Of a DNA stretch of 64,000 nucleotides, positions 31,226 through 40,449 are shown one piece after another (positions within the stretch are counted from its first letter, which is position 1; each line of letters starts with the position of its first letter). The notes under the pieces were generated by a model. That model was not told where the DNA came from and made no database searches. It worked only from the letters and a program-made list of their open reading frames with translations. Location of the stretch: assembly GCA_000146465.1 (NCBI GenBank), contig CP001945.1; one strand, written 5' to 3'. Both the position numbers and the translations under genes were made by a program.

Positions 31226-32029
31226 ATGGATGAAGCTGTTGAGAAACTAGAACTAGTTTTGGAGAGCAAAGTTGAAAATCTTCCTGAGAAGATAATGGAT
31301 GCATTAGAAGACCTTGTGCAGGCATCTTTGGAATGTTCATCAGAAGAAATGGTAGAGTACGAGCTAGACGAAATTCTTATTAATGCCTTTGATAAGACAT
31401 CGCATAAGGACCACAAGAGACTTATGGAGATGCTTCTGGACCTCATGTCATGCATGCGAGATCCTCGTAACATCTATCCAGCAGTAGAGAAGTACTTTAG
31501 TCCTGAGTGCAACTTTTCGATGGATGCCGCCAAAGTAATTTTTGTGATGAAGAGGGACTTTGGATTTGAGTTTGATGGCTTTCTTAGCACTCTCCTGGAT
31601 TGTATTAGACCCGAAAACATTGAAAACGATACTGAGAGGAGACTGTTTTTTATTCTAATGGTTTTAGATAATGGTTCTGTCCCACTTGTTGTAACCAAAG
31701 CATTTGTTAAGAAGCTCTGTAATGTCTCTCTGCAGGTCAAGTCCTCATGCTGCCACAAGATACTTTGGGGAGTCCTATGGATTATGAGATTCCATCCAAT
31801 GGCATATGCGATGGCAAAGAGAGAAAGCTTTGAAAAGGATCTTGAATGGAATGTGTCTGTTACGATTAACCAATTTCAACCGTATCTATTTGAGCTTGAT
31901 ATATTAAGTGAATCTCTAAAAGGAATCCAAAAAGTTGTTAGTCTCATCAAGCGCGAGGCAATGGATGCCAAAAACAGACCAAAGCTCCTATCCCTGGACA
32001 ATGTTATTTTTCCAAAACTAGAGATTTAG
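31226..32029 (+). CDS. Hypothetical helical protein (267 aa)
   Basis: Intact ORF with a predicted helical repeat character. No recognisable motif. Confidence 0.4.
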   Translation: MDEAVEKLELVLESKVENLPEKIMDALEDLVQASLECSSEEMVEYELDEILINAFDKTSHKDHKRLMEMLLDLMSCMRDPRNIYPAVEKYFSPECNFSMDAAKVIFVMKRDFGFEFDGFLSTLLDCIRPENIENDTERRLFFILMVLDNGSVPLVVTKAFVKKLCNVSLQVKSSCCHKILWGVLWIMRFHPMAYAMAKRESFEKDLEWNVSVTINQFQPYLFELDILSESLKGIQKVVSLIKREAMDAKNRPKLLSLDNVIFPKLEI

Positions 32030-32056
32030 ATGTCTTCCCAAAAATAAAGAATTCAC

Positions 32057-32830
32057 TTAATCTTTTTGTGGCTGCTCCTGCAGCTTCCTCATAATGTATT
32101 TTCTTGCTCTATCTTTAATTCTCAATTTTTTCTTTGTTTCAGATGGCCTGTCTCCATTTCTTTGGAGGTCTCCTTGGATCTTTTTGACTATTCTCTTCAA
32201 AGAAGATACACTTATGATCTCCCCAAGATTGAGCCTTCTGTGGGAGTCTGGTAAGTTCTCGTCTCTAATGAAGTATGCTATGCAAAGACAGTAGGAGCTC
32301 GTACACTTGTTGCTTTTGGATATTGAAAGAAACTCCTCTAGTAAATGATTACCTTTAAGACCTTGTGAGAGACAAAAATCTCTAACTCTGCTGAAGATTC
32401 TAGAGAGATATTCCGAAGACAGTTCTACATATTCAAACTCTCTCAAAAGAATTCTCTTGAGCCCCAGCCCCGTCCTTTCTGTAAGAGGCTTGAGATCGCT
32501 ATATGATATTGGATACTGGTGTCTTCTAAGTACATTGTAAGTTATTGCCAGTATCTTATCGTTGGCTCCAATTCTGTGTTCAAAATCCTTTGTTCTCAAG
32601 AGGAGTTTAACCTCTTCGGAATAGCCTGAAACATTCAGAATCCCAAGTAAAGACTCTACATTTCTGCTATATCTCTCTGCTTTGTCTACAACGAAATACT
32701 TCATTCTCCTTGGAATTACAGGCCTGTGAAAAGTATATGATGCCATGTAGTTGTCGCAATCTGATTCCAAGCACAATCCACAGGACGTACAAGCACCATT
32801 GTCAATCCATGGGTGGCTGCAACCCTCCAT
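32057..32830 (-). CDS. TFIIB-type zinc-ribbon protein with a cyclin-like region (TFIIB/Brf/Rrn7 family; subtype unresolved)
   Basis: N-terminal Cys4 ribbon CSHPWIDNGACTSCGLCLESDC. A helical cyclin-fold-like body and a basic C-terminus follow. Confidence 0.35.
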   Translation of the reverse strand: MEGCSHPWIDNGACTSCGLCLESDCDNYMASYTFHRPVIPRRMKYFVVDKAERYSRNVESLLGILNVSGYSEEVKLLLRTKDFEHRIGANDKILAITYNVLRRHQYPISYSDLKPLTERTGLGLKRILLREFEYVELSSEYLSRIFSRVRDFCLSQGLKGNHLLEEFLSISKSNKCTSSYCLCIAYFIRDENLPDSHRRLNLGEIISVSSLKRIVKKIQGDLQRNGDRPSETKKKLRIKDRARKYIMRKLQEQPQKD

Positions 32831-32906
32831 TCAGGGCCATATCCACAAAGATGAAAAAGAATAATTCCAAAGCCGCTGGTCTTTAGCAATAAAGAAGGTG
32901 TTTATT

Positions 32907-33197
32907 TCAAACCGCAACAGTCGGAGCCTCTTGGCTATTGATGGACTCGTCGGTAAAAACCAGCTCTTCCCTCAGCCTGGACTCTCCAAGTGGAGTTAGA
33001 AGGAAGTATGAGTGTCTCCACACGTGAATTTTCTGGACATATCCATAAGAGATCATGGTCTTCATAAATGCCTTCAGTTGCAGGTTGGGAATTTCGAGAT
33101 CCTTATGATTTCCAAGAACAGTGTCCTCAAGAAGCAAAGCTTTTTTCTCGAGTAAACGTCTCTTTATCTTGTACTTATTTACTGTCGGTACTAGCAT
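32907..33197 (-). CDS. RPS10: 40S ribosomal protein S10 (eS10)
   Basis: MLVPTVNKYKI…LQLKAFMKTMISYGYVQKIHVWRHSYFLLTPLG matches eS10 (…[24 protein letters not shown]…). Confidence 0.85.
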   Translation of the reverse strand: MLVPTVNKYKIKRRLLEKKALLLEDTVLGNHKDLEIPNLQLKAFMKTMISYGYVQKIHVWRHSYFLLTPLGESRLREELVFTDESINSQEAPTVAV

Positions 33198-33573
33198 TTC
33201 TCTACAAATTAGCCTTGATACATAACCAAATCACTTACCTTCTTTAAAGCCCTCAAGTAAATTTTTTTTTATTGTTTATTCGGCCAAGATACTTGAATGG
33301 CACCTCTCCTGCCCCCGATGATCAATCCAAAGCTATTGATGGTGACTGCAACAACAGCATATGTGTTTGTATTTTACACACTGGCTATAAGAGTAAGTTT
33401 TGTCCACGTAATTTCTAGCCATTGTTTCATAGTCCAACTGCAGCCGAAGATGTCCTAATTACCTTGTCTTCGATTGTCTTGTTTAGTGCCCTCCTGATCC
33501 ACGCTATTTTAGGGTTTGAAGAGGAAAAGACAAAGCATATGTAGACATTCAGCATATAATGCCCGAAGTACTA

Positions 33574-33930
33574 CTAGATAGCATCGGTATTGAGATTCAT
33601 CCACCTCAAGTACTGCTCGGACATAGAGTGTATTTCGATTCCGACCACTTGAGGAGCTTCATATGGATGGTCTTCCGCCATGAACTCTTGGATTTTAACA
33701 AACAAGGAGGAAAAGGTCTTTGCAGCCAATTTGTACTCTGTCTCTCTTTTAACACTTCCATCCCAAGAGTAAACGGAGGTTATCTTGGATATTTGGCAGC
33801 ATGCAGCAAGCCTTCTATTGACTAACTCGTACGAAGCTTTTTCAGCTGATTCTCGGGTTGGATATGTTGTGAATACAACGAATGGTTTCCTCTGTGGGAT
33901 ATTGTCTGGATGGTGCATGGTTCCCTCCAA
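33574..33930 (-). CDS. CUTA: CutA1 divalent-cation tolerance protein homologue
   Basis: VVFTTYPTRESAEKASYELVNRRLAACCQISKITSVYSWDGSV…DHPYEAPQVVGIEI is colinear with the CutA family. Confidence 0.75.
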   Translation of the reverse strand: MEGTMHHPDNIPQRKPFVVFTTYPTRESAEKASYELVNRRLAACCQISKITSVYSWDGSVKRETEYKLAAKTFSSLFVKIQEFMAEDHPYEAPQVVGIEIHSMSEQYLRWMNLNTDAI

Positions 33931-33966
33931 AAAGTACTTAATATTTGCCTTCCCAGGATATTTGAA

Positions 33967-34983
33967 ATGGCGAGAACCAGGGGAATTCTAGGTCTTGTAA
34001 ATCCTCAGGATCTTCTTTTCAAAGCTGTATTCATAGAAAAAAGACTTCCGAAGCATCATCTAAAAGAGATATCGATATCTGCAATTGTGCTTAAGGTGAT
34101 GTCTCAGGATATTTCTATTAGGGAAGGAGGTCTTGTTGTGATTGGTCTTAGCAGGATTTTGGTAAGGAAACTAAAGTATCTGCAGGATGAGTGTAGTGAT
34201 GTTGTACATAAAATCTGGAGAAAGAAAGGCGAAAAAGGAAAGGGCCTCAGGTCGGTATCCTCGAAGGGAATAACCTTGGGACTTGACTTAGAAAGGTTAT
34301 ATATCGACGATCAGATGATAAGTCCAGAAGAGTTTGTCATTCTTCCTGAGGAGGAGAACATAGATGGAATACAAGAAATAGAAGACCTAAGCTTTGGGGG
34401 ATTTAACGACATTTCATATGTTGAAGAAGGAAGGTTTGGAACCGAGGATAGCACAAGAGCTTCTACAGCCACGGAGATTACTCAAATTCCCTTAGAGGAG
34501 CGAAGAGAGAAAAGGAGGAAAATAATTGAAGACTTGGAACTGGAGTTTGACGCCCGAGAATTTCGAGAAAACCTTAGGAATACAGGGGATATAGTGTTTA
34601 GGGAGAAAAGTCTCGATATAAGAGATGAGCTTGTTTCCAAACTCTCAATTGCACCTGAGATACTATCGAAGATCTGTAGGAGAGAGATGTACCAAAGAGA
34701 AAGCATAGAAGGTGTCCGTGATACAGTAATAATGGAATCATATGGAGACATCAGTTTTGGGGACAATATAAATGAGTCGCAAGTATCCTCCGAGGTTGTA
34801 GAGGAAGACTGTCTTGATATTGAGAAGTTGCCTGAAAGATTTGTCTTCAATGAGATGGCTGATGGGCATAGCAGATATGAAAGAAGTAGGATGTTTCTGT
34901 CTCTTCTAAATCTGCTTGGAAGCGGGATGGCGATGGCAAACCAAAGAGCGGCATATTCTAATATAGAATGCAATCTTTTGTGA
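33967..34983 (+). CDS. RAD21: Cohesin kleisin subunit (Rad21/Scc1/Rec8 family)
   Basis: Rad21_Rec8 N-domain …SAIVLKVMSQDISIREGGLVVIGLSRILVRKLKYLQDECSDV, close to Rad21 (…[30 protein letters not shown]). An acidic middle region and C-terminal winged-helix-like SRMFLSLLNLL. The ORF track starts at 33910; the first Met after the CutA start is at 33967. Confidence 0.7.
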   Translation: MARTRGILGLVNPQDLLFKAVFIEKRLPKHHLKEISISAIVLKVMSQDISIREGGLVVIGLSRILVRKLKYLQDECSDVVHKIWRKKGEKGKGLRSVSSKGITLGLDLERLYIDDQMISPEEFVILPEEENIDGIQEIEDLSFGGFNDISYVEEGRFGTEDSTRASTATEITQIPLEERREKRRKIIEDLELEFDAREFRENLRNTGDIVFREKSLDIRDELVSKLSIAPEILSKICRREMYQRESIEGVRDTVIMESYGDISFGDNINESQVSSEVVEEDCLDIEKLPERFVFNEMADGHSRYERSRMFLSLLNLLGSGMAMANQRAAYSNIECNLL

Positions 34984-35008
34984 CTCCTGGATAGGACTTC
35001 AAGAATTT

Positions 35009-35632
35009 TTGAGTCTTAAAAAATTTATCCCTTCAATGGAAAAGAAGGAGCATTTTATAATCGATGCTACTGGGCAAGTGGCAGGAAAGCTTGCTTCAAA
35101 GGTTGCTAAGCTCCTTCTTGAAGGAGTCCGGGTGACAGTGGTGTGCTGTGAGGAAGCGGTGTTTGTAGGAAGCTTAGAAAAGGCAGTAAATAAATTCAAG
35201 GCGTATCTTAACAAAAGATGCATTGTTAATCCAAGGAGGGGACCGTTTCACTTCCGAGAGCCAAGAATGCATCTTGCAAAGATAATCAAGCGAATGATCT
35301 CTTACAAGAAACCCAGAGGAAAAGTGGCAATGAGCCGACTTACCACGTATGAGGGGATTCCTAGAGAACTGGAAGGGCAACCACGACACAAGGTCACTTG
35401 TGCATTGGTAAAATACACAAGTAATCCAAACAGGTATGTTACTCTTGGGAAGCTTCTGAGTATGTTTGGATGGAAGCATGCCGAGGCAGCCAAAAGTCTC
35501 ACTGATGAGCTGAAGGAAAGAGAGAAGTTGGAGTCCTTGAAACGGGAAGAGATGAACCGAAAGATTGAAGAACTAAGGAGGAATAAGTCTTTTGAGGACG
35601 AGGTGAATAAGAAGCTGGAGATGCTTGCATAA
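35009..35632 (+). CDS. RPL13A: 60S ribosomal protein L13a (uL13)
   Basis: IIDATGQVAGKLASKVAKLLLEGVRVTVVCCEEAVFVGS…RGPFHFREPRMHLAKIIKRMISYKKPRGKVA is colinear with eukaryotic uL13. Confidence 0.9.
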   Translation: MSLKKFIPSMEKKEHFIIDATGQVAGKLASKVAKLLLEGVRVTVVCCEEAVFVGSLEKAVNKFKAYLNKRCIVNPRRGPFHFREPRMHLAKIIKRMISYKKPRGKVAMSRLTTYEGIPRELEGQPRHKVTCALVKYTSNPNRYVTLGKLLSMFGWKHAEAAKSLTDELKEREKLESLKREEMNRKIEELRRNKSFEDEVNKKLEMLA

Positions 35633-35686
35633 GATATTAAAGGTTCTTAAGTTGATTATATAATATTTTAGACTTTTTGAACGCCC

Positions 35687-36010
35687 TTGATGAAAAAACA
35701 GAAATTATGCTACAAGAAAAATACCTACATAAACAAGAACATAAAGTTTAGGACACTGAAGCAGCTAATCCCAGAGCTTATCGAAAAGGACCACAGGTAC
35801 ATCCAGATTTCCAATAGAGTATCTGTAAGACCCGGAATGAAGTTATGCGATCTCACAGGTCTTCCAGCACCATACACGTGCCCAAATACAAGGCTGTTCT
35901 ACTATGACTCTTCTGTCTACAAGAGAATCTGTGAATTGCCCAGCGATCGTATCCAGAAGCTGTTTCAACTAAGAGAGTTTGGAAAGACTTTGGTTTCACT
36001 TAGAAGGTGA
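35687..36010 (+). CDS. IES6: YL1_C-domain protein (INO80 subunit Ies6-like)
   Basis: C-terminal YL1_C signature CDLTGLPAPYTCPNTRLFYYDSSVYKRI. Confidence 0.6.
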   Translation: MMKKQKLCYKKNTYINKNIKFRTLKQLIPELIEKDHRYIQISNRVSVRPGMKLCDLTGLPAPYTCPNTRLFYYDSSVYKRICELPSDRIQKLFQLREFGKTLVSLRR

Positions 36011-36043
36011 CCTTCTGTAAATAACACAAAAAGAAAATAAAAT

Positions 36044-39000
36044 CTAGACTTTATTATTAAAGAAGTCTACATTGTATATAAGATCGAAAGAGTTTGTCCC
36101 GCATTTCACGGGATTTCCCACAGTTATGGAGGCAGAGGGATTAGACAATTGATCTTCAAGGTGGAATGCTGCAGCTGTTTTGAAGTTGGAGTAGCAGCTT
36201 TCGAAACTCATTTTCTGGATAAGAGAGTCGCCAATTCCAAGTCCATGCCTACTGAAGGGAGAGTAGTCGCCTTTTCTTGTCATATAGTCAGCTACAAGAA
36301 GAAGATGCCGAGCATCAATTGAAATTCCATAGACATCGAAAACCTTCACTACTTCGTTGATTATAGCATGTCTTGCAGCCTCAATCCCAAGCGTTAGATA
36401 CACATTGTATATATCATTAGACTCGGAATTGTAGATATCTAAGAGATCTAGTAGATCCTCATAGACACCGGGAGCCACCTCTATCCTTCCTGTCAAAGAG
36501 GAGATGGAAGGGCTTTCTACAAAGAGAGTATTTCCGGAGATCGAGGCCTTTTTTATGCCTTTGGTTTCTCTCACCACAACTGTAGGAAGGATAGATTCGA
36601 TTATTGAGGATATCACTTCGTTAAATCCAGAAGGATACAGCATCTCAAATGAAAGTATGTTTTTTGACTTCCTTGTAAAGTTTATGAGATTCTCCTCTTC
36701 AGTACTGCTTGAGTTATCGGTATGGTCAATTTCGTCAATAGTCTCGGGATGAGTAGTATCATCACTGTCCTTTTCAGTGTTTTCATTCTCGCTGGTATCT
36801 ACACATATATAGTCACTCTTTGAATTACTTTCCTCATCACTGTCACTCTCATCCTCTTCCTCGTTTTCTTTGTTTTCATCTAGTTCCTTTGAACTATCTT
36901 TATTTCCCTCTTCCATTCCTAACTTATATTTTACTTTAGATAGCATTTTCAGTTTACTTCCAAGTATCTTCAGGAACTTTCGGTCCAAAGCCTCGCTTGC
37001 AAGGTCCACAAAGTTGTCCAGGTCAAACACCATTCTAATTTTCTTCTGAAAGACCCCGTCAATCATCACAATTTCCTCAGAGACCCTAAATTTCCTGACA
37101 CAATCTTTCAGTGTTATCTTCTTTAAGCATGTACCAATATCAAAATTCAACTTTTTCCTGATAGGAATAGTAACCAAAGGCGTCTTTATGGACTTGGATG
37201 CTACCAATAGAATTTCTCTGAGCCTAGGAACTCCAAGAGTCACGTTCTTTTCTCCTACACCAGCTAGATGAAAGGTGTTGAGAGTCATCTGAGTGGAGGG
37301 TTCTCCTATCGACTGTGCAGCTATAATCCCGACAGATTCTCCTGGGTCGGCTAGAGAGCATACATACCTACTTTCCAGAAATCTCTTAAGCTCTTCGTCA
37401 AAAAACTCTATCTCTTTTTTGAACCGAGGAGACAAGAAATCTTCGTATCTGTTGCTAAGCTTGAAGGAAGACAAAGATAGCTCCTTAAAGAGAAAGGCAT
37501 TTCTTCGGAAAAACTCAGGATCGTCCAAATAGCTTGACTTCGTGCAGTCAAGGCCGTCCTCGCCATAAACAAACTGAACTATCTTTTTCCCAATCCGTGC
37601 CGATCTGTCATACTCAACCTTTATCCCCTCCATGTGCTTAACTAGGCATCTTTGTAGATATCCGGAATTGGCAGTTTTGATTGCAGTATCAATAAGCCCT
37701 TCTCTCCCTGCCATGCAATGGAAAAAATATTGTGATGGATTGATACCATCCAAAAAGCCTTGATATATGTACCCTCCAGAGGATGGATCAGGATCCAGCG
37801 GCTTGAAGCAAGGCAATGTCTTTCCACTAGCCATCACCGGGACTCTCCGTCCCTCCAGCTCTTGCTGTCCTAGAGCACCTGAAATCTGGCTCAGATTAAC
37901 AATCGAACCCTTGGATCCTATCGAAACAATCAATTCCATACCGTTGTCCGGAAAACCTTTCTTCAATCCTGAAGGAACGGATGCATTAACTATCTCTGAG
38001 GTTATCTTGTTCATTTCTCTTCTCATTATAGAGTCCAAGTAAGCTTTTTTGTCGTCGCATAAGTAAAAGTCTGGATTCGCTTCCATGTACTCCTTCTGAA
38101 GCTCCCTTACCTTCTTGTCTTTGGTTTCCATCACTTTTTTTCTTTTCGCATTCGCATCATTGCTAAGAATAAGATCATCTGCTCCTATTGTAAACCCATA
38201 CATTTGAAGATATTTGTTGCAAACTCTTCCTATATATGTTAGTAGGTCATTCGAGGCTGCAAACCCCCTAATCTCTCCGCAGGCATGGGCTAAGGACTTG
38301 AAAGTTGGCCCTATTGAGTTCTTGTCCAAAATCCCTGTAATTATATTCCCTTCACTAATTCTTAGAACGCTTTCTTCCGAATGCTCCCTCCATGCGTCTT
38401 TTGGAACCTTGGTTTCAATTTCAATATTTAAACCCAGCCCGAGGTTCTTTATTATTGCTGAGAGCACTTGCTTTCCAGAATAGAGTCTTACAGGCTTGAG
38501 AATACAGGGCTTATCTATGGTAATTCGTCTTCCATCCAATCCAGAATTCACTAGAGTAAAGTAATCTTCTTCGGAAAAGAACGAGTTTTTCATCGTCAAG
38601 ATTGCTGCAGCAACAATGTGATCTTGGGTAAGGCCTCTTATTGGTTTCCCGTCGGTGGGGACTAGATAGTTGAAGTCATTCATGACAATATGTCTAGCCT
38701 CGGCCTCAGCAACATAACTTTGTGGAAAATGAATGTTCATCTCATCTCCATCAAAGTCTGCGTTGTAAGATTTACAGTTGGCATAATGCATTCTTAATGT
38801 CCTTTCTCCTTTCAGCACCTTGCACTTATGAGCCATAATGCTTGGTCTATGTAAAGTCGGCTGTCTGTTCACAAGTACCACATCTCCATCCACCAAATGT
38901 CTCCAAACAACCTTCTTTCCATCCAGGAGCTGGTTTGCCAAGGCAAATCTCTTTTCGTCAGGCATGTGGCTTAAACTAAGCATTACATCTCCATCCTGTA

Positions 39001-40225
39001 GGTATAAACTTCCCGGATAGGTAGATCCATTCACAATAGCCTTTTTCAATTTGCTTACATTGAAGCTAGTTACTCTCTCTGGAAATGTCAGAACTTCCGC
39101 AAACACAAAAGGAACTCCTATCTCCCGTGTCTCTAGATTAGGGTCTGGGGATATGACAGTCCTCGCCGCGAAGTTAACTCTCTTTCCCATTATGTTTTTG
39201 CGGAACAGCCCTTCCTTCTTTTCAAGAATCTGCTTGTGTCCCGGTGGCGTTATCAAACCGATATTCCGTTTCCTTAGGTTTGAATTATCAAACGACGAAA
39301 GAACAGCACCTTGCAGCTCTGGCCAGTATGAAAGGTCTTTTTTCACCAATTCATTGATGGTGAGAATGTCGTTAAAGGAAAAAGTCTGAGGATTCGGGGC
39401 CTTCTTCTCATTTAAAAAAGACACCGGACGGAATCTATTGGGTGTGACAGGTATACTTGTCAAAAAGAACATATTCGGGTCTTTTGTAGAGAAGATGGAG
39501 CCAATCAAGTCGGCTTCATTGGAAAACAAATCTTCCACAAGCTCTCTAATAAAATCCGGGAAAAGCAGCTCCGAATCCTTTTCATTCTCACTATTTTCAT
39601 CATCCCTTTGGAGGGACTTTAATATCTTTATGTTTGTTCCTTTATAGATCTTTGGATTGGCATGTCCACATCTCACACATTTCTTTTTTGAATTTATACT
39701 AGAAAAGAAGTGGCGCACCATCTCCTGGTACTTATCTGTTGGAGGCCCAGGTCTGTTTTTCCTTGAGGATTCCACTCTCTTACTAACAACACTGTACAGC
39801 TCCTCTTCCTCCGAAGTAGCATACAGCTCATCCAAGCCGTCTATTTCTTCTCCATTTCTAAGAAGAGAGAACTTACAGAACATAATAAGCCGATCATAAT
39901 TTGTTATTCTAAAGTGCCTGCACTGGAAGCAACAACACCTAACTAATGAGAGCAGCGAGTCGAAGAATATCGGATTGAAAACAGGCTTAAATAGCTTTAT
40001 GCGTCCAAAATGTCCTGGGCAGTTTAGAAGCGACAAATTGCAGGTTTTACAGTTGGACGAGAAGTCTAATGGCCCCATTCTCAAGTCGTACAGGCCTCCA
40101 CGCACAGGATGCCCGAACTTGTCGAAAGTAGATGGCTCCGTAACATCCATGCAACTAGCCTGTTCTATTTCCTTTTCAGAGTATACTCCAAACGATATCT
40201 TCTTTGGATGAAATTTCATAACCAT
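36044..40225 (-). CDS. RPA190: DNA-directed RNA polymerase I largest subunit (A190/RPA1)
   Basis: Catalytic YNADFDGDEMNIHFPQSYVAEAEA ('HFPQ' is Pol I-specific, versus VPQ in Pol II/III). GLTQDHIVAAAILTMKNSFFSEEDY is Pol I-like. There is no CTD heptad, and an acidic expander-like insertion is present. The ORF-track N-terminal 50 aa (MGGIRTTQ…) are a read-through of the antisense tRNA-Met, so the start is set at MVMKFHPKK (40225). Confidence 0.85.
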   Translation of the reverse strand: MVMKFHPKKISFGVYSEKEIEQASCMDVTEPSTFDKFGHPVRGGLYDLRMGPLDFSSNCKTCNLSLLNCPGHFGRIKLFKPVFNPIFFDSLLSLVRCCCFQCRHFRITNYDRLIMFCKFSLLRNGEEIDGLDELYATSEEEELYSVVSKRVESSRKNRPGPPTDKYQEMVRHFFSSINSKKKCVRCGHANPKIYKGTNIKILKSLQRDDENSENEKDSELLFPDFIRELVEDLFSNEADLIGSIFSTKDPNMFFLTSIPVTPNRFRPVSFLNEKKAPNPQTFSFNDILTINELVKKDLSYWPELQGAVLSSFDNSNLRKRNIGLITPPGHKQILEKKEGLFRKNIMGKRVNFAARTVISPDPNLETREIGVPFVFAEVLTFPERVTSFNVSKLKKAIVNGSTYPGSLYLQDGDVMLSLSHMPDEKRFALANQLLDGKKVVWRHLVDGDVVLVNRQPTLHRPSIMAHKCKVLKGERTLRMHYANCKSYNADFDGDEMNIHFPQSYVAEAEARHIVMNDFNYLVPTDGKPIRGLTQDHIVAAAILTMKNSFFSEEDYFTLVNSGLDGRRITIDKPCILKPVRLYSGKQVLSAIIKNLGLGLNIEIETKVPKDAWREHSEESVLRISEGNIITGILDKNSIGPTFKSLAHACGEIRGFAASNDLLTYIGRVCNKYLQMYGFTIGADDLILSNDANAKRKKVMETKDKKVRELQKEYMEANPDFYLCDDKKAYLDSIMRREMNKITSEIVNASVPSGLKKGFPDNGMELIVSIGSKGSIVNLSQISGALGQQELEGRRVPVMASGKTLPCFKPLDPDPSSGGYIYQGFLDGINPSQYFFHCMAGREGLIDTAIKTANSGYLQRCLVKHMEGIKVEYDRSARIGKKIVQFVYGEDGLDCTKSSYLDDPEFFRRNAFLFKELSLSSFKLSNRYEDFLSPRFKKEIEFFDEELKRFLESRYVCSLADPGESVGIIAAQSIGEPSTQMTLNTFHLAGVGEKNVTLGVPRLREILLVASKSIKTPLVTIPIRKKLNFDIGTCLKKITLKDCVRKFRVSEEIVMIDGVFQKKIRMVFDLDNFVDLASEALDRKFLKILGSKLKMLSKVKYKLGMEEGNKDSSKELDENKENEEEDESDSDEESNSKSDYICVDTSENENTEKDSDDTTHPETIDEIDHTDNSSSTEEENLINFTRKSKNILSFEMLYPSGFNEVISSIIESILPTVVVRETKGIKKASISGNTLFVESPSISSLTGRIEVAPGVYEDLLDLLDIYNSESNDIYNVYLTLGIEAARHAIINEVVKVFDVYGISIDARHLLLVADYMTRKGDYSPFSRHGLGIGDSLIQKMSFESCYSNFKTAAAFHLEDQLSNPSASITVGNPVKCGTNSFDLIYNVDFFNNKV

Positions 40226-40307
40226 TTTGAAGAAGGGTCGTTTTGAGAATGAAATTGAAAATGCAGATAATCCTAGGGAGATGCCGATCTTGATAGGCCA
40301 TCTTAAA

Positions 40308-40380
40308 GCATGGTGGCGCAATGGAAGCGCGCTGGGCTCATAACCCAGAGGTTGTGTGGTTCGAATCCCACCCATGCTAG
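40308..40380 (+). tRNA. tRNA-Met (anticodon CAT), initiator-like
   Basis: AGCATGG acceptor 5' arm pairs perfectly with CCATGCT plus discriminator A (A1:U72). D arm GCGC/GCGC. Anticodon stem CTGGG/CCCAG with loop CTCATAA. T-loop GGTTCGAATCC. Overall close to eukaryotic tRNAi-Met, but the T-stem pairs imperfectly by hand folding. Confidence 0.7.
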
Positions 40381-40449
40381 TTTCTTTTCAACCCCTACCC
40401 ATTAGAGTTCCCCATCTTAAATAGAACTTGACTTTATTATAAAATCGAA

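Noticed and set aside
33559-33825. 88-aa plus-strand ORF
   Set aside because: It is antisense to the conserved CutA gene. The real small gene candidate in this spacer is upstream (33297..33544)
40226-40375. N-terminal 50 aa (MGGIRTTQPLGYEPSALPLRHHALRW…) of the long Pol I ORF in the ORF track
   Set aside because: This segment is the reverse-complement translation of the tRNA-Met gene. The conserved A190 sequence starts at MVMKFHPKK (40225)
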